A stretch of DNA of 64,000 nucleotides from positions 10,422 to 74,421 of the forward strand of contig CAZVLA010000036.1 of NCBI GenBank assembly GCA_964627805.1, written 5' to 3'. A program made the position numbers and the translations under genes. The DNA comes from an uncultured Desulfurococcaceae archaeon. GTDB taxonomy: Archaea; Thermoproteota; Thermoprotei_A; Sulfolobales; NBVN01. Under the pieces are notes generated by a model that saw nothing but the letters and a program-made list of their open reading frames with translations, searched no databases and was not told the DNA's origin. Shown here piece by piece: positions 46,627 to 56,511 of the stretch. Numbering within the stretch: the first letter of the stretch is position 1; the number at the start of each line of letters is the position of its first letter.

Positions 46627-47292
46627 GTGAGGGTGTTCCTTGTGTCGGTAATATTCGCTGTATTAATAGCTGTTGGTGCGGCCTCACTAGTAATTATCCT
46701 TTCAAGTATTGTGACTAGTATCTTAGCTAGGAAGCTCAAGGGTAAGCCTGAACTACTTCTTGGCGTACTCACGCAGGTCATGATTATTGCCTTCACGCTA
46801 CTCATTACGTACCTACTGACTAGGGACTTACGTGTCCTTGGGTCTTTATCGATCCCACCAATAGACTTAGGTAAGGGTGTAGCACTAGCTGCGTTGGTTT
46901 CCTTAGTCACTTACTTCTTAGGAGCTAGGATTAAGGGGAGGTGTAACCCTCCAATTAAATTAAGGAGTGTTTGGGAGTTCGTTGTCCTAGCGTTTGTAGT
47001 AGCACCTACTGGTGAGGAGCTCCTCTTTAGGGGTATGGTGGAGGGGTACTTATTAGCTAGTGGTGCAGGCATAGTAACGTCAGTAGCTTTACCAGCTACG
47101 ATGTTCTCGCTAGTACACATAGCGCCCTACAGAGGCTCTGGAAGGTCATGCTTAGCAGTAGTAATTACTTCAGCACTTGCTATAGGGCTGATTGCGGGGT
47201 TATTCAGAGCTAGCACAGGCTCCATCACTTTACCAATAGTGATTCATGCAGTAGGAAACCTAGCTGGACTTAAGCAGTATTTAGGGAAGTAA
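46627..47292 (+). CDS. CPBP family intramembrane endopeptidase (second copy)
   Basis: GEELLFRGMV (EExxxR), SLVHIAP, HAVGN; 221 aa, polytopic. Confidence 0.8.
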   Translation: MRVFLVSVIFAVLIAVGAASLVIILSSIVTSILARKLKGKPELLLGVLTQVMIIAFTLLITYLLTRDLRVLGSLSIPPIDLGKGVALAALVSLVTYFLGARIKGRCNPPIKLRSVWEFVVLAFVVAPTGEELLFRGMVEGYLLASGAGIVTSVALPATMFSLVHIAPYRGSGRSCLAVVITSALAIGLIAGLFRASTGSITLPIVIHAVGNLAGLKQYLGK

Positions 47293-47378
47293 CTCACCTG
47301 AAGTAACGATGACTTAAACCCTACCATAACCTCGGTTATTAATTAAGTAATGCGTACTTAATTAAAAAGTTGGGTTAT

Positions 47379-49481
47379 TTAGAATACCTTCTTACCGTCT
47401 AGTTGTAGGAGTTTGCGCCAGTTCTCATTAATTACCTTCTGTATCTCCTCGATCTCCTCATCACTTAAGTGTGAGAACCTACCCTGTAGTCTTAGGTACT
47501 CCTTAATTGGTTTTAGTTCCTTAGGCTTCACACTTAACTTAAGTACTCCGTGGTCTATCTCGTATAGCGGCCAAGCACCTGTTAGTACTGCTAACCTAGC
47601 TACCTCGACGGTCTTACTCTCAGGGAATCTCCAGCCTGTTGGGCATGGTGAGTGGATGTGTATGTAAGCTAGGCCCTCACCTGATTCCGTAACCTTAATT
47701 GCCTTAGCTACCTTACTCCTTAAGTCATTAATGAATGCTGGTGATGCAGTAGCTATGTAGGGTACTTTATGAGCTGCTACGATCGATATTAGGTCCTTAG
47801 GTACTTCACGCTTACCCCTCCAGACCCTACCTACGGGTGTGGTTGTTGTCCATGCCTTAAGTGGTGTAGTACCGCTCCTCTGAATACCTGTGTTCATGTA
47901 TGCTTCATTATCGTACGTAATCCATATTATAGGCTCACCACACTCAGCAGCTGATGATAGTGACTGAAGACCTATGTCGGCAGCGCAGCCATCACCTGCG
48001 AAAGCAACTACCCTAACCCTACCTCCCTTACCCCTAACCCTAAACGCCCTAGCTATCCCCCTAGCGTATGCGGCGGCTGCCGCGAAGTTAGCTAGGACGC
48101 ATGGAGCACCTATCCAGTTACTCGGGAAGTGCATGGCTACAGCAGCTGATACGCAGTTAGGTGGGAACACTATTACTGAGTTCCTACCCACTACATCAAG
48201 TACGTGCCTAGTAATTAGTAAGGCACCACACCCAGCACATAACTGAGAACCCGGTGCGTACACAGCACCCCTAAACTCCACAGCACCCCTCCTACGCCTA
48301 GGCTCATGCTCCACGAAGTACGTCCTAACGCATGAGTCCCTACACCCCTCCCTAACTACGTCAATCATCCACCTAAAGTCCCTAATCGATACGTCATCAC
48401 CACCCATACCAGCTACGAAGTTAATTACTGCTGGTTTAGAGCCCATACTATACAGCGTCGATAGTACGTCAAGCCCTAACGGACCGTGCTTAGTACCGTG
48501 AGCTACGGCCCTATCAACTACACCAACAGCAACTACACCCTCCCTCTCAATGACCCCCCTAATCTCCTCACTCGGGAATGGCCTGTAGAAACCTACCTTA
48601 ATTAAGCCGACCCTAATACCCTCCTCCCTAGCAGCGTCGACTGCCCTCCTAGCTGCTGTGGTCATTGAGCCCATAGTGATTAGTAGGTAGTCAGCACCTT
48701 CAGTCCTGTACTCCTCAATTAATCCGTAGCCCCTACCGAACCTCTCCCTAAACTCCCTCGTAACCTCCCTAATCACCCCCTTAGCCCTCTCAAGAACACC
48801 CTCAAACACCCTCCTGTAGGGTGTGTGGTACGGTGCTGGCATTACCGGGAATACGTACTCGTTAGTCTCCTCAGGATCTACGGTGTGTCTGTAGGTCCTC
48901 CTAGGTGGTAGGAACTCATCAACCTCACCCTGCTCAGGGATGTCTACGGGTTCTGATGAGTGTGATATGTGGAAGCCGTCTAAGCACATCATAGCTGGTA
49001 GTAAGACCCTAGAGTCCTCAGCTATCCTGTATAACTGAATAACCATGTCTAAGCACTCCTGACAGGACTCTACGTAGTACTGAATCCACCCTAAATCCCT
49101 AGCAGTCATTGAGTCTGAGTAGTCTGAAGCTAATGCCCAGTACCAACCTAAGGTCCTATTAGCTACCGCCATTACGAAGGGGGCTCTGTAGGCGGGTGCT
49201 TGAGCGATTACTTCGAAGCCGTAGCCGAAGCCTTGGGAGCACGTAGCTGTGAATGACCTAGCACCAGCTATCGCAGCTGCTAAGGCAGCAGCTATTGCTG
49301 AGTGCTCACCCTCTGGGTGTATGTACTCAGCCTTAAGCTCACCCCTAGCTACGAACTCAGCTATGTACTCAACTATCGGTGTCTGAGGTGTTATTGGGTA
49401 GGCTGAAACTACTTGAACCCTAGATAACTTAACACCGTAAGCTACTGCCTTATTACCCGATAGTAGAGCTAACTTACCCAT
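47379..49481 (-). CDS. 2-oxoacid:ferredoxin oxidoreductase, fused alpha-beta subunit
   Basis: 700 aa. The N-half begins LSGNKAVAYGVKLSRVQVVSAYPITPQT (alpha). The C-half has GSQLCAGCGALL and AFAGDGCAADIG (beta, ThDP-binding GDG). Confidence 0.85.
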   Translation of the reverse strand: MGKLALLSGNKAVAYGVKLSRVQVVSAYPITPQTPIVEYIAEFVARGELKAEYIHPEGEHSAIAAALAAAIAGARSFTATCSQGFGYGFEVIAQAPAYRAPFVMAVANRTLGWYWALASDYSDSMTARDLGWIQYYVESCQECLDMVIQLYRIAEDSRVLLPAMMCLDGFHISHSSEPVDIPEQGEVDEFLPPRRTYRHTVDPEETNEYVFPVMPAPYHTPYRRVFEGVLERAKGVIREVTREFRERFGRGYGLIEEYRTEGADYLLITMGSMTTAARRAVDAAREEGIRVGLIKVGFYRPFPSEEIRGVIEREGVVAVGVVDRAVAHGTKHGPLGLDVLSTLYSMGSKPAVINFVAGMGGDDVSIRDFRWMIDVVREGCRDSCVRTYFVEHEPRRRRGAVEFRGAVYAPGSQLCAGCGALLITRHVLDVVGRNSVIVFPPNCVSAAVAMHFPSNWIGAPCVLANFAAAAAYARGIARAFRVRGKGGRVRVVAFAGDGCAADIGLQSLSSAAECGEPIIWITYDNEAYMNTGIQRSGTTPLKAWTTTTPVGRVWRGKREVPKDLISIVAAHKVPYIATASPAFINDLRSKVAKAIKVTESGEGLAYIHIHSPCPTGWRFPESKTVEVARLAVLTGAWPLYEIDHGVLKLSVKPKELKPIKEYLRLQGRFSHLSDEEIEEIQKVINENWRKLLQLDGKKVF

Positions 49482-49485
49482 AACA

Positions 49486-49752
49486 TCACACCTCCCTAAC
49501 CATCCTTATAGCCCCTCTAGGGCATTCATTAGCACATACACCACACCCCTTACAGAACCTATAATCAATCACTGGACCCTCACCAGACTTACTAATTACG
49601 CCTTCAGGGCAGTACTGAACGCATAGCCAGCACTTAACGCACTTACCGTAATCGATTACTGGCTTCATAACCCTCCAACTAGCTGTTGGTTCAGACCACA
49701 GAATATCTGACCTTATGGTTGGTATCTCAGGTACTTTAACCTCTTGACTCAA
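49486..49752 (-). CDS. porD: 2-oxoacid:ferredoxin oxidoreductase delta subunit (2x[4Fe-4S])
   Basis: CVKCWLCVQYCP and CKGCGVCANECP in 88 aa. 4-nt overlap with the gamma gene. Confidence 0.85.
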   Translation of the reverse strand: MSQEVKVPEIPTIRSDILWSEPTASWRVMKPVIDYGKCVKCWLCVQYCPEGVISKSGEGPVIDYRFCKGCGVCANECPRGAIRMVREV

Positions 49753-50321
49753 CCCTTAATCACCTCCAAAGAAACGCCTTCGTAACCCGCCTTAACGCAC
49801 TCTACGTAACTACTCCATAGCTTCTCAGGGAACCTCTCCTTAACTGCCTTAATAGCTGATTCAAGACTTACTAAGCCAGTTACTCTAGCGAATGCACCAA
49901 GCATTACTATGTTAGGTATGGGCCTACCAATGAGTTCTAAGGCGTACTTAGTAGCGTCTATAGTAGCTACCTTACTCAACCTAACACTTAAGTTCAGCTC
50001 CTTAAGTAACTCCCTAGGCTCCTTAGGTACGTTCTGAATGTAGACACCACCCTCCCTAATACCTGCAGTAACTGTCGGTAGTACCTTATGTAGCCTAGGG
50101 TCTAGAACCATTACGTACTTAGGCTCGTATATCATACTCCTACTGACCCTACCCGGCTCACCAATCGATACGAAAGCAGTTACTGGAGCACCACGCCTAG
50201 CCATACCGAACCAGGGGAATGCCCTAGCGAACTTACCGTCGTGTAGGGCTGCTAGGGCTATTAATTCAGAACATAGAACAACTCCTTGACCACCACGACC
50301 GTGGAGACGGACCTCCTCCAT
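49749..50321 (-). CDS. porG: 2-oxoacid:ferredoxin oxidoreductase gamma subunit
   Basis: 190 aa. HGRGGQGVV N-terminal motif typical of gamma subunits. Confidence 0.85.
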   Translation of the reverse strand: MEEVRLHGRGGQGVVLCSELIALAALHDGKFARAFPWFGMARRGAPVTAFVSIGEPGRVSRSMIYEPKYVMVLDPRLHKVLPTVTAGIREGGVYIQNVPKEPRELLKELNLSVRLSKVATIDATKYALELIGRPIPNIVMLGAFARVTGLVSLESAIKAVKERFPEKLWSSYVECVKAGYEGVSLEVIKG

Positions 50322-50587
50322 TAATTAACTCCTAGTTAACTATAGTTACTTAAGCCTTTAATTGTTACGTAGAATTCATTGATTAAGGCATAAGTAATTA
50401 AGTAAATCACATACAGTAACTCAAGGGCAAGCACTAACTTACTTACTAAGGAGGTTAATGACCTAGGGAATTAACTCCCCTAAAAACCGCGGAGGTACGT
50501 ACCATTGAGGTTAGGTACTGCGTGAGTATAACCAAAGGTAATGCTGGTTTAGGGGTCTGTCTGCGGGTCTTAACTACTACGGAATTA

Positions 50588-51703
50588 CTACGGATTAGCC
50601 CCCTCCTCCCCCGCAGCCTCTAGGGTTCTTATCCTCTCGTTAGTTGATGCCTTGAATAGGTGTACCTTCCTTAAGGATACGTAGGCTTCATCACCTACCC
50701 TAAACCTCTCCCTAATCGGTGAGAGTGCCCTCAGTAACGTACCACCACCTAAGTCCACAGTAACGTACTGCCTAGAACCTATGTACTCGTAATGCTCGAC
50801 CCTACCCTTAACCGTAGCTACTCCTGAAGTAGCTTGCTCAGCCCTCTTGAATACGTAGGCTTCATCAGGCCTAACACCGACTATTATCTCCTCCTCACCG
50901 TAACCCTCAACCCTTATCCCGAAGTACTTAATCACGCCATTAATGACTGGTACCTTAATTAGGTTTATCGGTGGCTCACCTATGAAGTTAGCTACGAACA
51001 CATTAACGGGTTCCTCATAGAGCTCCTCAGGTGTTCCGTACTGAATTACCTTACCGTGGTTAATCACTACTATCTTATCACCTACTGCGAACGCGTCTGC
51101 CTGGTCGTGAGTCACTAGGATGGTCGTTATCCCTAACCTACGCTGTATCATCTTAACGAATGACCTAGCAGTTATCCTTACCCTAGCGTCTAAGTTACTG
51201 AATGGCTCGTCGAGGAGCAGTACCTGCGGGTTCTTAACTAATGCTCTAGCTAGGGCTACCCTCTGCTGCTGACCGCCTGATAACTGCCTTGGGTACCTAT
51301 TAAGTAGTTGGTCAATACCTAATACCTCAGCGATCTCCTTAACACGCCTCCTAATCTCCTCCTTAGGGACTCCCTTAATCTCTAGTGGGAACGCTATGTT
51401 ATCGAATACCTTCATGTGTGGGTATAGTGCCCAGTTCTGGAACACCATACCTACGTCACGCTTCTGAGGAGGTACGTAGACCTTCCTCTCAGCATCAACA
51501 ACTACCTTATCACCTATTACTACCCTACCCTTCGTAGGTACTTCAAGACCTGCTAGTATCCTTAGGAAGGTCGTCTTACCCGATCCCGAAGGACCCAGGA
51601 TTACTAGGAACTCCTTATCATTGACCTTGATACTTACGTTATCTAGAGCTACTACGTTCGGTGGGAAGATCTTCGTTAGGTTCTCAGCAAGTATTGACAC
51701 CAT
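50588..51703 (-). CDS. Sugar ABC transporter ATP-binding protein (MalK/UgpC-type)
   Basis: GPSGSGKTT, LSGGQQQRVALARAL, LLLDEPFSNLD, plus a C-terminal TOBE-like regulatory domain. Confidence 0.9.
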   Translation of the reverse strand: MVSILAENLTKIFPPNVVALDNVSIKVNDKEFLVILGPSGSGKTTFLRILAGLEVPTKGRVVIGDKVVVDAERKVYVPPQKRDVGMVFQNWALYPHMKVFDNIAFPLEIKGVPKEEIRRRVKEIAEVLGIDQLLNRYPRQLSGGQQQRVALARALVKNPQVLLLDEPFSNLDARVRITARSFVKMIQRRLGITTILVTHDQADAFAVGDKIVVINHGKVIQYGTPEELYEEPVNVFVANFIGEPPINLIKVPVINGVIKYFGIRVEGYGEEEIIVGVRPDEAYVFKRAEQATSGVATVKGRVEHYEYIGSRQYVTVDLGGGTLLRALSPIRERFRVGDEAYVSLRKVHLFKASTNERIRTLEAAGEEGANP

Positions 51704-51709
51704 AGCCCA

Positions 51710-52537
51710 TCACCCCTTAGCACCAGTACCCAGCATTAGTAACCCACGGATGAAGTACCTACCAAGGAATATAAAGACTATGAGTGGTGGTAGTGAACCT
51801 ATGAGAGCTGCGGCGAACATCTGGTTGTATAGGGTACCGCTCTGACCTACGTAACTGAATATCTTCAGTGTTATGTGCTTGTCGTATCCCCTAGTGAGTA
51901 TTAGGGGCATGAAGAAGTTGTTCCAGGTCATTATGAGTATGAATACGATCGTAGACGCTATCCCCGGCCCTAGGAGCGGTAGTACTACCTTCCTAAACAC
52001 CCTGAAGTCACTGGCTCCATCAACTACGGCAGCCTCTATTAAGTCCTTAGGTATTGAGGTTAGGAATATAACCATTAGTAGGGCAGCCATTGGTGTGTAG
52101 TATATTAGGAACCCAACCATGATCCCGGGTAGGGTGTTGTAGAGCCTTAACGCCTTAATGACGTGTACTAGAGGTACTAGGATTGACTGGTAGGGTATGT
52201 AGGTCGATATAGCTATTAAGAGCATTATAGTATCACTTAACTTATCAGCCCTCCTATGTATTGCGTAGGCCGTTGCAGTACCTATTAACGTAGCTATTAC
52301 TGAGGTAGGTATGACTACTACGGCAGTATTAATGAGTGGTGTCTTGAGTTGGTTAAACACCTTAACTAAGGTGCTTAGGCTTAGTTGGGTCGGTGGGTAA
52401 ATTACTGGGGTACCCATAACCTCAGCTAAGGTCTTTATAGAACCTACTATTAGTGAGTAAACAGGTATGAACCACACGATACCGAATACGACCACGACCA
52501 CGATAGCCACTATTAGGTTTAGCCTAAAGCCCGTCAC
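51710..52537 (-). CDS. Sugar ABC transporter permease
   Basis: EAA loop EAAVVDGASDFRVFRKVVLPLLGPG; 275 aa, 6 TM. Confidence 0.85.
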   Translation of the reverse strand: MTGFRLNLIVAIVVVVVFGIVWFIPVYSLIVGSIKTLAEVMGTPVIYPPTQLSLSTLVKVFNQLKTPLINTAVVVIPTSVIATLIGTATAYAIHRRADKLSDTIMLLIAISTYIPYQSILVPLVHVIKALRLYNTLPGIMVGFLIYYTPMAALLMVIFLTSIPKDLIEAAVVDGASDFRVFRKVVLPLLGPGIASTIVFILIMTWNNFFMPLILTRGYDKHITLKIFSYVGQSGTLYNQMFAAALIGSLPPLIVFIFLGRYFIRGLLMLGTGAKG

Positions 52538-52543
52538 GCCCCA

Positions 52544-53410
52544 TCACCTCCTAACGACCCACCTCTTAAGTCCGTAGAGTGCGTAGGGTATTACTATGAA
52601 AGCTGAAACAACTATTATGACTATAGCAGCTGCTGATGCTAGGTAGAAGTACATTGAGACGAACTTACTGTACACGTACATTACTAGAGTCTCAACGAAT
52701 GGGTTTAGGAAGAGTACTGAGTAGGGTAGGTCGAACATCTGGATAGCGAATAGTGTTAGGAAGATCGTAGCTATTATTAAGCCCTGCCTAGCATTAGGTA
52801 GTACGACCCTAAGCATGATGGTTAGTGTGTTAGCTCCATCAACCATAGCACTCTCTATTAAGGACCTATCGACGTTATAGAACATAGCTAGGTAGAGCAT
52901 AGCTGCGAAACCAGCGTATACCCAGCACGAAACAAGTACTAAGCTCCAGAACGCGTTAGTACCTTCTAACCAGTATATAGTCGGTAGCCCGAACTCCCTA
53001 AGTATTATGTCTATGCCCTTGTACGGGTCGAATAACCACCTCCAGATAATACCCACAACCACTAGTGATAGGGATAGTGGGTATATGAAGAAGGCCGTCA
53101 AAGCGTTCCTAACCCTAGGGCTCTCGAACTGGAATATAGCGCTAGCGAGGGCTAAGCCTATGGCGTTACCTAAAGCAACCAGTACTACAGCCCATAGGAG
53201 GGTCCTCTCGAACGCCTGCCTAAACTCGACATCACTGAATAGTTGCTGGAAACTAGCTAAGCCCGTGAATTTGGGGTTGGGGTTAAGTATTGAGTAGTCC
53301 GTAAGTGATATAGCTACGTTCCAGAAGATGCAGTAGTAGAGAATACCCGCTAAAGCAAGTGTAGGGATTAGGAGGGCTACGAAGACCTTAGTACTCATCT
53401 TCACAGCCAT
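52544..53410 (-). CDS. Sugar ABC transporter permease
   Basis: EAA loop ESAMVDGANTLTIMLRVVLPNARQG; 288 aa, 6 TM. Confidence 0.85.
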   Translation of the reverse strand: MAVKMSTKVFVALLIPTLALAGILYYCIFWNVAISLTDYSILNPNPKFTGLASFQQLFSDVEFRQAFERTLLWAVVLVALGNAIGLALASAIFQFESPRVRNALTAFFIYPLSLSLVVVGIIWRWLFDPYKGIDIILREFGLPTIYWLEGTNAFWSLVLVSCWVYAGFAAMLYLAMFYNVDRSLIESAMVDGANTLTIMLRVVLPNARQGLIIATIFLTLFAIQMFDLPYSVLFLNPFVETLVMYVYSKFVSMYFYLASAAAIVIIVVSAFIVIPYALYGLKRWVVRR

Positions 53411-53525
53411 TCACATCATCTCCCGCACTACAGGCTCCGCTACGTAGTACTCACCAGAGTTAAAACGTGATGTGGGTTAGGTCTTAATCAATGTTTAAGT
53501 ATGAGAAAAAGCTAGGGTTTTACCC

Positions 53526-55043
53526 TTACTTCTTAGCCCATGGAGGTAGGAACCCAGCGAATGGCTCCTGGTAGGAGCCTAGGAATAACCCGCTGCTCTC
53601 CCACTCCTTCTTCTCAGTAGCTAGTGCTGATGATACGGTCTGGTACCATAGGTTGAGGTTCTTGGTCTGAGCAAGTACTATGGCACCACCTAGTAACTTC
53701 TTCCAGACGTCGGAGAATAGGGCTCCGTGGGTTAGGCTGAATACCTGGTACTTAGACTCCCTGTACTGCTTGACCTCCCACTTCTGAATGACTGTTGGGT
53801 ATATGCTCGGCGGTATGTCTGGGTAGTCAGCGATTGAGCCCTTAAGCGGGTTGAAGATCCTCTGACCCTCCTCAGAAGCGAAGAACTTAGCGAATAACAC
53901 ACCAGCCTTCTCCTCAGGACCTACGGGTACGGCTATAGCGTCAATGACCATGTCGTAAATACCCTGAGTACCTGGGAATGGAGCTGCTATGATGTCGCAG
54001 TCAGGTGTTATGTTGTCTATGGAGCACATCTTAGTGTTCTTGTATACGTTATATACTAGACCAACTACCCAGTCACCATCTACGTGGAAAGCTCCCTTAC
54101 CCTTAACTAACGCGTCAACGGCTGAGGTCCAGTCTAGGGACATCCAGTTGCTTGGGAAGGTCTTGGATAGCTCAACGAATATCTCTGAAGCCTTCTTAAT
54201 GCTTGGGTCGTCGGGGCTTAGGAGTCCGTACATGAACTGAACGAACTTCTTAGGACCAGCTACAGCTAGGAATATCTGCTCCCAGAGATGTAGGACTGTG
54301 AACTGGTCGGCACCTGCCTGTATTAGGCACGGCACTCCGTGCTGTGATAGTACCTTACAGTCATTCAGTAAGTCGTCTAGTGTCTTCGGAGGCTTTAGAC
54401 CGTACTTATCAAGTACGTGCTTATTCATGAATATTAAGTTGGCCCTATGCAGGTTAACCGGTAGTGAGTATAGGTGACCGGCAAGCATGCATGCGTGAGC
54501 TGGTGGTGTCTTAATCAGTCCTATCTCCTTAGCTACGTCGGTTAAGTCAACGAAGTCCTTCTCCTTATGCGGTGCTGCCATGAAGTAACTAATGATCTCG
54601 GGACCACAGTGTACTTGGAATGCCGCTGGTGGCTTACCAGCCATTATGAGGGCGAGGATAGCGAACTTAGCGTTAACACCAGCACCTCCGGGTACTGCTG
54701 TCTTAACTACCTTGATGCCGTATTTCTTCGTGAAGTTACCTATTAAGGCATCGATAGCGAACCTCTCTAGACCAGCCCACCAAGTGTAGAAGGTTATCTT
54801 CTTAGGCATACCAGCCGTTGTCGTGGTTGGTGATGTGGTCGTCTTAGTTACTGCTGTCGTACTTACTACAGTCTTAGTAACGGTTACGGTCTTAGGTGGA
54901 GCGGTTGTCCTAGGGACTGACGAGACTGCTGCGTAGTAAGTAACTACACCAACTACTATGGCAGTAACTATAACGGCAATGATTACACCGGCTGCGGCTT
55001 TAGAAATACCGCGACGGAGGTTCACCGTTTTTAACACCGACAT
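53526..55043 (-). CDS. Sugar ABC transporter substrate-binding protein with class III (prepilin-like) signal and Thr-rich linker
   Basis: N-terminus LRRG-ISKAAAGVIIAVIVTAIVV. Thr-rich tract TVTVTKTVVSTTAVTKTTTSPTTTT. Then a family-1 SBP-like body (ITFYTWW...). Confidence 0.8.
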   Translation of the reverse strand: MSVLKTVNLRRGISKAAAGVIIAVIVTAIVVGVVTYYAAVSSVPRTTAPPKTVTVTKTVVSTTAVTKTTTSPTTTTAGMPKKITFYTWWAGLERFAIDALIGNFTKKYGIKVVKTAVPGGAGVNAKFAILALIMAGKPPAAFQVHCGPEIISYFMAAPHKEKDFVDLTDVAKEIGLIKTPPAHACMLAGHLYSLPVNLHRANLIFMNKHVLDKYGLKPPKTLDDLLNDCKVLSQHGVPCLIQAGADQFTVLHLWEQIFLAVAGPKKFVQFMYGLLSPDDPSIKKASEIFVELSKTFPSNWMSLDWTSAVDALVKGKGAFHVDGDWVVGLVYNVYKNTKMCSIDNITPDCDIIAAPFPGTQGIYDMVIDAIAVPVGPEEKAGVLFAKFFASEEGQRIFNPLKGSIADYPDIPPSIYPTVIQKWEVKQYRESKYQVFSLTHGALFSDVWKKLLGGAIVLAQTKNLNLWYQTVSSALATEKKEWESSGLFLGSYQEPFAGFLPPWAKK

Positions 55044-55182
55044 AAAGTACGAGTACGGAGTAAAAAATTTATCCTAACTTTTTAGTAAGAGAGATTATAT
55101 CGTGGCGGGTCGGTCGTCATAAAAATTTACTTAAACTCCTAAGGAGCGAGTACTACCTATGGGTAGTAGTTACCCTTAACAG

Positions 55183-56418
55183 TTACTTACGTACGTAATC
55201 AGTCCTAGCACCCTCATCGTAATTAACGGTTAGGGCTGATACAGCACCTGCTGACTTACAAGCTAGAGCTACCTCAGCAGCTACTCCGTAGTCCGTGCTT
55301 AGGGATATTAAGGAACCACCTAACCCAGCACCACTTAACTTAGTACCTAAGGCACCAGCCCTTAATGAAGCATCCCTAATCCTCTCTAACTCAGGTAGGC
55401 TGACGTCGTATAAGTCCCTAAGTAGTTCGTGCTGGTGATTAACTACGGCAGCTACCGTAGCTAGGTCCTTACTAACGCCTTCATGAACTAACTTATCTAT
55501 GTAGTTAAGCCACTTAACGCCTAGGAACTCCCTAATAAACTCATCACTAACTGACTCACCCCTCATTACCTTAAGAGCCACTAGGGTTGACTTATGAGTT
55601 CTTAACGTGTAGAGTATCCTCCTCCTAGGTACTTCAGGTATTCTGAGTAGGTAGGGACGTAACTCCTCCTCACTTAACTCACTCCACGACACACTCCAGT
55701 ACTCACTACCTAACCTACTCCTTAAGCCCTCAGGTAGGTCCTGCTTAAGTAACTCCCTCAAACCCTCATTAATCTCGGCCTGCCTCCTAGGGTGTACCTC
55801 AGCTGTGCTATGCCTAATACCTGAGTCAGCTACGGTGAATACGCCCTTAGTGAAGTTCAGCTTCTCTACGTTGTATGGTGGCTTAGTCTCTATGTAGGTA
55901 ACCCCACCAAATACTGATGAGTACTGATCTAACCTACCACAGGGTATACCCATTACGTCGTGCTCAGCCTCGTAAGCTACTTCAGCAACTTCCCTACGCT
56001 TAAGACCTAACTTAAGTAACTCATTAATACCCCAAGTAAATGCTACCTCAAGAGCAGCACTACTAGCTAATCCGGAAGCTACTGGTACGTCACTAATGAT
56101 TAGTACCTCCATACCGGGTACGTCGATACCCCCGTCTCTAAGCACCTTAACCACGGCTCTTAAGTAATCACCGAACCAACCACCACCCTTAAGTAGTGGT
56201 TCCTTAGGGTTGAATGAGTCCCTCCACTCAAGCCCCTCACGCCTTAAGTTCTCTGAAGCTACCTTAACTACGTCACTACTTAACTCCTTAATACCTATGA
56301 AGCACCTTAAGTTAACACCTACACCAACTACTGGTAAGCCCTTATAGTCCTGATGCGTGTTAAGGAAGTCTAACCTACCGGGTGCTGAAGTCACTACGTC
56401 CGGTTCCTTACTAAACAC
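55183..56418 (-). CDS. galK: GHMP kinase, probable galactokinase
   Basis: APGRLDFLNTHQDY (galactokinase signature-like) and GHMP motif PVASGLASSAALEVA. galT lies in the same minus-strand gene block. Confidence 0.7.
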   Translation of the reverse strand: MFSKEPDVVTSAPGRLDFLNTHQDYKGLPVVGVGVNLRCFIGIKELSSDVVKVASENLRREGLEWRDSFNPKEPLLKGGGWFGDYLRAVVKVLRDGGIDVPGMEVLIISDVPVASGLASSAALEVAFTWGINELLKLGLKRREVAEVAYEAEHDVMGIPCGRLDQYSSVFGGVTYIETKPPYNVEKLNFTKGVFTVADSGIRHSTAEVHPRRQAEINEGLRELLKQDLPEGLRSRLGSEYWSVSWSELSEEELRPYLLRIPEVPRRRILYTLRTHKSTLVALKVMRGESVSDEFIREFLGVKWLNYIDKLVHEGVSKDLATVAAVVNHQHELLRDLYDVSLPELERIRDASLRAGALGTKLSGAGLGGSLISLSTDYGVAAEVALACKSAGAVSALTVNYDEGARTDYVRK

Positions 56419-56511
56419 CTCCTTAAAGCAATTAATTACTGAGTCCTTACTGATCAGTAAGCACCACCTAGTAATGCCTACTCAATAACCACGTAAGTAC
56501 TTTACGCTTAA

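Noticed and set aside
50575-50600. Short tandem duplication TACTACGGAAT/TACTACGGATT at the 3' end of the sugar ABC ATPase gene.
   Set aside because: It is a single 11-nt imperfect duplication spanning the stop codon region. It is too short and isolated to be a meaningful repeat element.
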